From Gemmatimonadota bacterium (lineage in GTDB: Bacteria > Gemmatimonadota > Gemmatimonadetes > Gemmatimonadales > GWC2-71-9), in the NCBI GenBank assembly GCA_016713435.1, contig JADJPD010000010.1:167040-231039 (forward strand): 64,000 nucleotides of DNA. Reading direction: 5' to 3'. The notes below the pieces were generated by a model. It saw only the letters and a program-made list of their open reading frames with translations, did no database searches and was not told the origin of the DNA. Each line of letters opens with the position of its first letter. The stretch's first letter is position 1. This document shows, piece after piece, positions 57,909 to 64,000 of the stretch. Made by a program: the position numbers and the translations under genes.

Positions 57909-60473
57909 ATGCGCATGACGTCACCGACCGCCCCGGCCGCGCCGACCGGGACCACCGCCGCACTGTCGCCCGAGGTCGCCGAGTCGCGCGTGAGTGCGGC
58001 GTCCCTGGCGCGGGTGGGGATCCTGGCGCTGCAGCTGGCCCTCACGGCGCTGGTGGTCCGCGAGCTCCGCATCGAGAGCTTTGCGCTCTACACGGTGATG
58101 GTGGTGGCGGCGGTGGCGTTCCCGGTGCACGCGCTGCTGGCGCCGGTGCTCCGGATGCGGGCGTTTGCGGTCATCTCGGTGGCCGGGCTGGTGCTGGTGC
58201 TGCAGCCCAAGGCGGCGCTGGCGGTGTTCGGGATCGGGGCGGTGCTGGTGGGGCTGGTGCAGCTGCCGGTGCGCTGGGGCGTGAAGCTGGCGCTCCTCTC
58301 GGTGGCCGGGGTGGGGCTGGCGCTGCTCCGCACGGGGACCATCCCGTCGCCGCTGCCGCACGCGCTGTGGCCGGTGCTCGGCGCCATCTTCATGTTCCGC
58401 CTGGCGCTGTATGCGCACGCGTGGCGGCACAAGGAGGCGCCCACGGGGTTCTGGCCCACGCTCGGCTACTTCGCCATGCTGCCGAACGTGGCGTTCCCGC
58501 TCTTCCCGGTGGTGGACTACAAGGCGTTCATCAGGAACCACTACGACGCGCCCGACTTCCTGATCTACGAGCGCGGCATGCGGTGGATCGCCCGGGGCGT
58601 GGTGCACCTGGCGCTCTACCGCCTGGTGTACCACCACGTGACCATGGACCCGCTCGACGTGCGGAGCCTGGGCCAGCTGGTGCAGTTCACCCTCAGCACC
58701 TTCCTGCTCTACCTCCGGGTCTCCGGCCAGTTCCACCTCATCGTGGGCGTGCTGCACCTCTTCGGCTTCAACCTGCCGGAGACGCACCACCTCTATTACC
58801 TGGCCTCGAGCTTCACCGACCTCTGGCGCCGCATCAACCTGTACTGGACCAACTTCATGATGAAGCTGGTCTACTACCCGGCGTTCTTCCGGCTCCGGAA
58901 GCACGGGCAGGAGACGGCGCTGCTGCTGAGCACCGCCATCGTGTTCCTGATGACCTGGCTGCTGCACGCCTACCAGACCTTCTGGCTGCTCGGCGCGCCG
59001 CACTTCACCGTGCCGGATGCGCTCTTCTGGGGCATCCTCGGCGTGCTGGTGCTGGTGACCACGGTCTACGAGAAGCGCCGGGCGCGCCGGCCCGCCCAGC
59101 GCCGGTGGGAGCTGGGCCGGGCGCTGCAGGTGATCGGGGTGTTCACGGGCATGAGCCTGCTCTGGTCGCTCTGGAGCAGCGAGTCGGTGACGGAGTGGGC
59201 CAGCCTGTTCCATGCGGCCGGCCAGACCAGCACCAGCGAGGTGCTGGCCCTCGGCGCGCTGCTCGCCCTCGCGCTCGTGGTGGCGGGATATCCCTGGGGC
59301 GCGGCGACGCTCGCCGCCGCGCCGGAGCCCGCCCCCGCGCTCGGTGCGCAGCTTCGCGCCGGTGGGCTGCGGCTGGCGCTGCTCGGCTCGGTGGCGGCGC
59401 TGGGGCAGCCGGCGGTGCGCTCGGCGCTGCCGCTCGCCCTCCGGCCCTACGCCGAGAGCGTGGGCGAGCCCGGCCTCAACGCGCGGGACGAGGCCATGCT
59501 CCAGCGCGGCTACTACGAGCAGCTCAACGCGGCCGACCGCACCGGCGGCCAGGTGTGGAACGCGGTGGCGGAGCGGCCGCGGGGCTGGGGGGCGGGCCTG
59601 ATGGAACTGGGCTGGACCCGGCCCGTGCCGGGCGTGCTCCTGGCGGAGCTGCCCCCCGACCTGCACCAGACCTACAAGGGCCAGCCGTTCACCACCAACG
59701 CGTGGGGCATGCGCGACCAGGCCTACACCCTCGAGAAGCCGGTTGACACCTACCGGGTCGCGGTGCTGGGCCCGTCGCTGGTGATGGGCTACGGCATCGG
59801 CGACGGCGAGCCGTTCGAGGCCCAGCTCGAGGCCATGCTCGCGGCGGAGGGCACGCACCCGAGGGTGGAGCTGCTCAACTTCGCGTTCGAGGGGCACAGC
59901 CTGACGCAGCAGCTGGCCACCTTCCGGCAGCGGGCGGCGCAGTTCCGCCCCGACCTGGTGCTGGTGACGCTCACGCCCATCGAGCACCGGGTGGCGGCCG
60001 AGCACGTGCGGCGGCTGATGGCGGCGGGGGCGTCGGTGGAGGTGCCGTACCTGGCGCGCGTCATCGAGCAGGCCGGGATCACGAGCGCCGACCGGCACGC
60101 CGACGTGGTGCGGCGGCTCCGGCCGTATGACGAGGACCTGATGCACCACGCGCTGCGCGCGCTGGTGGAGCAGATCGCCGAGGCGGGCGCCCGGCCGGCG
60201 CTGATGCTGGTGCGGATGCCCACGCAGCCGGCCGGCCCGCTGGCGCGGAGCGCGGAGCTCGCGGCCGAGGCCGGCTTCACCGTGCTCGACCTGTCCCACG
60301 CCTACGACGGCCACGAGGAGAACCAGCTCCGCGTGGGTCCGTGGGACCGCCACCCCAATGCCGAGGCCAACCGGCTGCTCGCCGTGGCGCTGCAGCACGA
60401 GCTCCAGCGGACCCGCCTCCTCCCGACATCGACCCCCGACCCGGTTTCCCCCGTTCCCTCCGGAGCCCGCTGA
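57909..60473 (+). CDS. MBOAT-family membrane O-acyltransferase fused to a C-terminal SGNH/DltD-like domain
   Basis: ORF 57858..60473 (start ATG 57909 or 57915). AlgI/DltB-like YFAMLPNVAFPLFPVVDY, LFGFNLPETHHLYYLASSFTDLWRRINLYW. C-terminal domain YRVAVLGPSLVMGYG (block I) ... PWDRHPNAEANRLLA (block V). Confidence 0.8.
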   Translation: MRMTSPTAPAAPTGTTAALSPEVAESRVSAASLARVGILALQLALTALVVRELRIESFALYTVMVVAAVAFPVHALLAPVLRMRAFAVISVAGLVLVLQPKAALAVFGIGAVLVGLVQLPVRWGVKLALLSVAGVGLALLRTGTIPSPLPHALWPVLGAIFMFRLALYAHAWRHKEAPTGFWPTLGYFAMLPNVAFPLFPVVDYKAFIRNHYDAPDFLIYERGMRWIARGVVHLALYRLVYHHVTMDPLDVRSLGQLVQFTLSTFLLYLRVSGQFHLIVGVLHLFGFNLPETHHLYYLASSFTDLWRRINLYWTNFMMKLVYYPAFFRLRKHGQETALLLSTAIVFLMTWLLHAYQTFWLLGAPHFTVPDALFWGILGVLVLVTTVYEKRRARRPAQRRWELGRALQVIGVFTGMSLLWSLWSSESVTEWASLFHAAGQTSTSEVLALGALLALALVVAGYPWGAATLAAAPEPAPALGAQLRAGGLRLALLGSVAALGQPAVRSALPLALRPYAESVGEPGLNARDEAMLQRGYYEQLNAADRTGGQVWNAVAERPRGWGAGLMELGWTRPVPGVLLAELPPDLHQTYKGQPFTTNAWGMRDQAYTLEKPVDTYRVAVLGPSLVMGYGIGDGEPFEAQLEAMLAAEGTHPRVELLNFAFEGHSLTQQLATFRQRAAQFRPDLVLVTLTPIEHRVAAEHVRRLMAAGASVEVPYLARVIEQAGITSADRHADVVRRLRPYDEDLMHHALRALVEQIAEAGARPALMLVRMPTQPAGPLARSAELAAEAGFTVLDLSHAYDGHEENQLRVGPWDRHPNAEANRLLAVALQHELQRTRLLPTSTPDPVSPVPSGAR

Positions 60474-60474
60474 C

Positions 60475-60729
60475 ATGCCCGACGTGATCCCGCAGGTGAA
60501 GCAGTACATCCTGGACCACCACCTCCCGGGTGAGAACCCGGCCAACCTCACGCTGACGACGCCGCTCGTCTCGGGGGGCATCCTCGACTCGCTGGCCACG
60601 CTGGACCTGGTGGCGTTCCTCGAGGGGCGCTTCGGCATCGAGCTCGAGGCGCACGAGGTGGACCGCGACCGGCTGGACACGCTCGAGAAGATCGCCGAGC
60701 TGGTGCAGGGCAAGCTGGCGCGGGTGTAG
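60475..60729 (+). CDS. Acyl/peptidyl carrier protein
   Basis: In ORF 60358..60729. MPDVIPQVKQYILDHHL...GGILDSLATLDLVAFLE (DSL phosphopantetheine site). 84 aa. Confidence 0.85.
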   Translation: MPDVIPQVKQYILDHHLPGENPANLTLTTPLVSGGILDSLATLDLVAFLEGRFGIELEAHEVDRDRLDTLEKIAELVQGKLARV

Positions 60730-60730
60730 G

Positions 60731-62324
60731 GTGACGACCGGGCTGCTGCACCCCGGCGTCCTGGCCGCCGCGCACCGCCATCCCGAGCGGGTGGCGGCCA
60801 CGGAGGCGGGCATGGAACCGATCCGCTACCGCGCGCTCGAGGCGCTGAGTGCCCGGGTGCGCGACTGGCTGGTGGCCCAGGGCGTGCGCCCCGGCGACCG
60901 GGTGGGGCTCTACCTGCCCAAGACCATCGACGCGGTGGCCGCGCTGCTCGGCGTGCTCCGCGCGGGGGCGGCGTACGTGCCGGTGGACCCGGGGAGCCCG
61001 CCGTGGCGCGCGGCGTACATCCTGAACGACTGCGCGGTGCGCGCCGCGATCGTGGACCAGGCGCTGCTCGCGGCGCTGGCGCCGGAACTGGCCACGCTCG
61101 GCGCGGCGCCGGCGCTGCTCCAGCTCGACGGGCCGGGGGGCGGGGTGGCGCTCGACGCGGCGCTGGCCCGCGCCGGCGCCCCGGCGGCGGCGGATGCCAC
61201 GGGCCTCACGCCCGCGTCGCTGGCGTACATCCTCTACACCTCGGGCTCCACGGGGAAGCCGAAGGGCGTGACGATCAGCCACGAGGCGGCGCTCGCGTTC
61301 GTGGACTGGTGCGCGGCGCGCTTCCAGCCGCGGCCCGAGGACCGCTTCTCCTCGCACGCGCCCTTCCACTTTGACCTCTCGGTGCTGGACCTGTACGTGC
61401 CGCTGCACCATGGCGCGTCGGTGACGCTCATCGGGGAGGACCTGGGGAAGGACCCGCTCAAGCTGGCGCAGCTCATCGCGGCGGAGCGGCTCACCGTCTG
61501 GTACTCGACGCCGTCCATCCTCAACATGCTGGTGCAGTACGGCCACCTGGACCGCTACGATCTCGAGGCGCTCCGGCTGGTGCTCTTCGCGGGCGAGGTG
61601 TTCCCGCTGCCGCAGTTCCGCGCGCTCAAGGCGCTGGTGCCGCATCCCGGCTACCACAACCTCTACGGCCCCACCGAGACCAACGTCTGCACCGCCTACG
61701 AGGTCCCGGCGGTGGTGCCGGCGGACCGGGTGGACCCGTTCCCGATCGGCGAGGTGTGCGCGCACTACCGGGGGCGGGTGGTGGATCCCGACGGGCGGGA
61801 CGTGGCGCCGGGCGCGGAGGGCGAGCTGGTCATCGCCGGCCCGGGGGTGATGAGCGGCTACTGGAACCTCCCCGAGCGGAACGCCGCCGCCTTCCTCGTG
61901 GATGATGCGGGCACGCGGTGGTATCGTACAGGCGACCTGGTGGTGGACGAGGGGGATGGCTGCCTGGTCTTCCACGGCCGCGCCGACCGGATGGTGAAGC
62001 GGCGCGGCTACCGCATCGAGCTCGGGCGAGATCGAGGCGGGGCTGGCCCGGCACGACGCGGTGCGCGAGGTGGCGGTGGTGGCCAGCGCGGACCCGGCTG
62101 CCGGCGTCCGGATCACGGCGTTCCTGAGTGCCCGCGCCGGGGTGACGGCGCCGTCGCTCATCGCGCTCAAGCAGTACGCGGTCGAGGCCCTGCCGCGCTA
62201 CATGGCGCCCGATGCCTATCGCTGGCTCGACGCCATCCCGCGCACCTCCACCGACAAGACCGACTACCAGCGGCTCAAGCAGCTCGCCGATCCCGCCCCG
62301 GGAGGTGTGCCGGCGGGCCGTTGA
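60731..62324 (+). pseudogene. Stand-alone NRPS-type adenylation enzyme (DltA-like AMP-dependent ligase); frame break ~62021-62027
   Basis: LAYILYTSGSTGKPKGV, NLYGPTETNV, YRTGDL, GRADRMVKRRGYRIELG (ORF 60731 frame) -> EIEAGLARHDAVREVAVV...IPRTSTDKTDY (ORF 62061..62324). Confidence 0.8.
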
Positions 62325-62377
62325 GCGCCCGCCGCCACCCTGGAGCCGTCGCTGCCCCTTCTCCTCCTGTCCATCGC

Positions 62378-63775
62378 GTGAGCGTCAACCGCGCCTTCCT
62401 GGCCCTCGGCGCGGGTGAGGCGCTCGCGCGCCTGCTCGGCTTTGCCGCCACGCTGGTGATGGCCCGCGCCCTCGGCGCCTCGGGCTACGGCATCGTGGGC
62501 GTGGCGATGGCCGTGACGCTCTACCTCAACCGCATCAGCGACCTCGGCTTCGACCTGAGCCTCGGCGTGCGCGAGGTGGCGGCGGATCACGGCTTCCTCG
62601 GGCGCGGCCTCACGGCGGTGGTGGCGGCGCGGCTCCTGGTGGCGGTGGGGCTCATCCTGCTGGTGCTGCTGGTGGGCCACCTGGTGCTGCCCGCCCCCGA
62701 CAGCACGGTGCTCGCGGTGCAGACGCTGACCCTGCTGGCGGTGGGGGGCGGGGTGCGGTGGGCGCTGGTGGGCCTCGGGCACACGCGGGCGGCCGCGGTG
62801 GGGATGATCGTCGGCCAGGCGCTGATGGCCCTGCTGGTGCTGGCCCTGGTGCGCGGCCCCGGCGACCTCGCGGTGGTGCCCGGCGCGCAGGTGGCCGGTG
62901 ACCTCGTGGCCGCGCTCGTCTTCGTGCTCGTCCTGCCGGCCGCGCTCCGCCGGCTCCCGGTGCGCCTCGACTGGCCGCTGGTGCGGGGGCTCCTGCCGCG
63001 CGCCAGTTCGGTGGTGACGAGCGCCCTGCTCGGCATCCTGATCTACAACGCCAATTTCTTCCTGCTCCGCGGCTTCCACGGCACCACGGTGGTGGGGTGG
63101 TATGCGGCGGGGTACACGCTGGTCACCTTCTTCCTGAACCTGGGCCAGGCGTACAACCTGAGCCTGCTGCCCGCGCTCACGCGGCTGCGGGCCGACCGGG
63201 AGGCGGCCGGCGCGCTGTTCCAGAAGAGCATGGCGGAGGTCTTTGCGCTCACGCTCCCGCTCGCGCTCGGCGGGTCGCTGCTGGCGGGGCCGCTCATTGC
63301 GCTCTTCTACGGGCCGGGCTACGCGCCGACGGCGCTGCCCTTCAGCATCCTGATCTGGACCCTGCCGCTCTGCTTCCTCCGCGACGTGCCCATCATGGGC
63401 CTCTATGCGGCGGGGGAGGAGCGGCAGGTGTTCCGCCTCACCCTGTTGTCCGCCGTGCTCAACCTGGGCCTCAATGCGGTGCTGATTCCCCGCTTCGGCG
63501 CCCCCGGGGCGGCGGCGGCCACCCTGTCCACCGAGGCCCTCCGGGCGGCCCTGGCCATCCAGGCGGTGCGCCGGCTCCACCTCGTTCCGCCCGGTCTGGG
63601 GCGGTTCGCCAAGGCCCTGGCGGCGGCGGGGGTGATGGGGGCGGTGGTGGTGGGCCTCGGGGGGTGGTCGGTCTGGCTGCTGGTGCCCCTTGGCGCGGTG
63701 GCCTACGTGACCACCCTGTGGGCGGTGGGCGGGGTCCGGGTGGGGGGTGGGGCGGGTCCGGCCCTCACGGTCTAA
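62378..63775 (+). CDS. MOP-superfamily polysaccharide flippase (Wzx/MurJ-like)
   Basis: Distal part of ORF 60731..63775 from GTG 62378. VSVNRAFLALGAGEALARLLGFAATLVMARALG... About 12-14 TM helices. Confidence 0.8.
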   Translation: MSVNRAFLALGAGEALARLLGFAATLVMARALGASGYGIVGVAMAVTLYLNRISDLGFDLSLGVREVAADHGFLGRGLTAVVAARLLVAVGLILLVLLVGHLVLPAPDSTVLAVQTLTLLAVGGGVRWALVGLGHTRAAAVGMIVGQALMALLVLALVRGPGDLAVVPGAQVAGDLVAALVFVLVLPAALRRLPVRLDWPLVRGLLPRASSVVTSALLGILIYNANFFLLRGFHGTTVVGWYAAGYTLVTFFLNLGQAYNLSLLPALTRLRADREAAGALFQKSMAEVFALTLPLALGGSLLAGPLIALFYGPGYAPTALPFSILIWTLPLCFLRDVPIMGLYAAGEERQVFRLTLLSAVLNLGLNAVLIPRFGAPGAAAATLSTEALRAALAIQAVRRLHLVPPGLGRFAKALAAAGVMGAVVVGLGGWSVWLLVPLGAVAYVTTLWAVGGVRVGGGAGPALTV

Positions 63776-63831
63776 CCCCTTTCGGCAGTTCAGGTTCGGG
63801 ATTCGTCCCCTGCCTCCATTCTGGCCCCGCG

Positions 63832-63847
63832 CGGCACGGCCATTGCT
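63832..63847 (+). promoter_or_regulatory. Candidate sigma-54 (-24/-12) promoter
   Basis: CGGCACGGCCATTGCT (only the first T is mismatched). Lies 64 nt upstream of ATG 63911. Confidence 0.55.
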
Positions 63848-63910
63848 GAGAAAAACCTCCGAATTTCCGCCCCGGGGCCCCTCCCGGGTGGCTCCCCAAT
63901 CCGGCAGGCG

Positions 63911-64000
63911 ATGAAGACCCAGGTCGGCGCAGGCTCGGCCCAGGCCCACGAGACGATGAACCGCTACGAGGTGAAGTACCTCGTGGCCACCCGGCGCGTG
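63911..64000 (+). CDS. Start of a gene running off the window; N-terminus resembles VTC/polyphosphate-polymerase-domain proteins (tentative)
   Basis: MKTQVGAGSAQAHETMNRYEVKYLVATRRV. NRYE(V/L)KYL(V/I) is a typical N-terminal motif of that family as I recall it. Alternative start ATG 63956. Only 30 codons are visible. Confidence 0.35.
   Translation, partial: MKTQVGAGSAQAHETMNRYEVKYLVATRRV

Overview
High-GC (~70%) bacterial chromosomal segment; gene content resembles Gemmatimonadota/Acidobacteriota-like soil bacteria, but the taxon cannot be established from this sequence alone. Almost the whole window is one very large cell-envelope polysaccharide (EPS) locus of the PEP-CTERM type. Left edge: a VanZ-like gene, a histidine kinase and an NtrC-family sigma-54 activator, divergent from a TonB-dependent-receptor-like outer-membrane protein. 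Then follow a PEP-CTERM-tagged secreted protein and about 45 EPS genes: 3 polysaccharide deacetylases, FemAB-like, DegT-like aminotransferase, about 15 glycosyltransferases (GT2, GT4, GT-C), Wzy-like polymerase/ligase, 2 MOP flippases, 2 hexapeptide acyltransferases, nucleotide-sugar dehydrogenase and epimerase, ATP-grasp, PHP, methyltransferase, UbiA/DPPR-synthase-like prenyltransferase, a membrane alkaline-phosphatase-superfamily (sulfatase-like) enzyme and a radical SAM/SPASM protein. Two modules stand out. One is a PAPS-synthesis block with unusual fusions (CysN plus a kinase-dead APS-kinase-like domain; CysQ-CysC; CysD). The other is a Dlt-like carrier-protein acylation block (acyl-CoA-dehydrogenase-like, MBOAT-SGNH fusion, carrier protein, NRPS-type adenylating enzyme). 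By eye I find 13 well-spaced -24/-12 (sigma-54-type) promoter candidates in the intergenic gaps, a degenerate ~42-bp x9 tandem repeat array, three paralogous ConA-like lipoproteins and two lower-GC islands. At least 27 reading-frame breaks occur in 19 otherwise recognisable genes, many at short homopolymers and unevenly distributed, so these are either assembly indels or locus decay. No rRNA, tRNA, CRISPR, transposase, integrase or exosortase gene was recognised. All calls rest on hand translation and motif recognition; no database search was possible.
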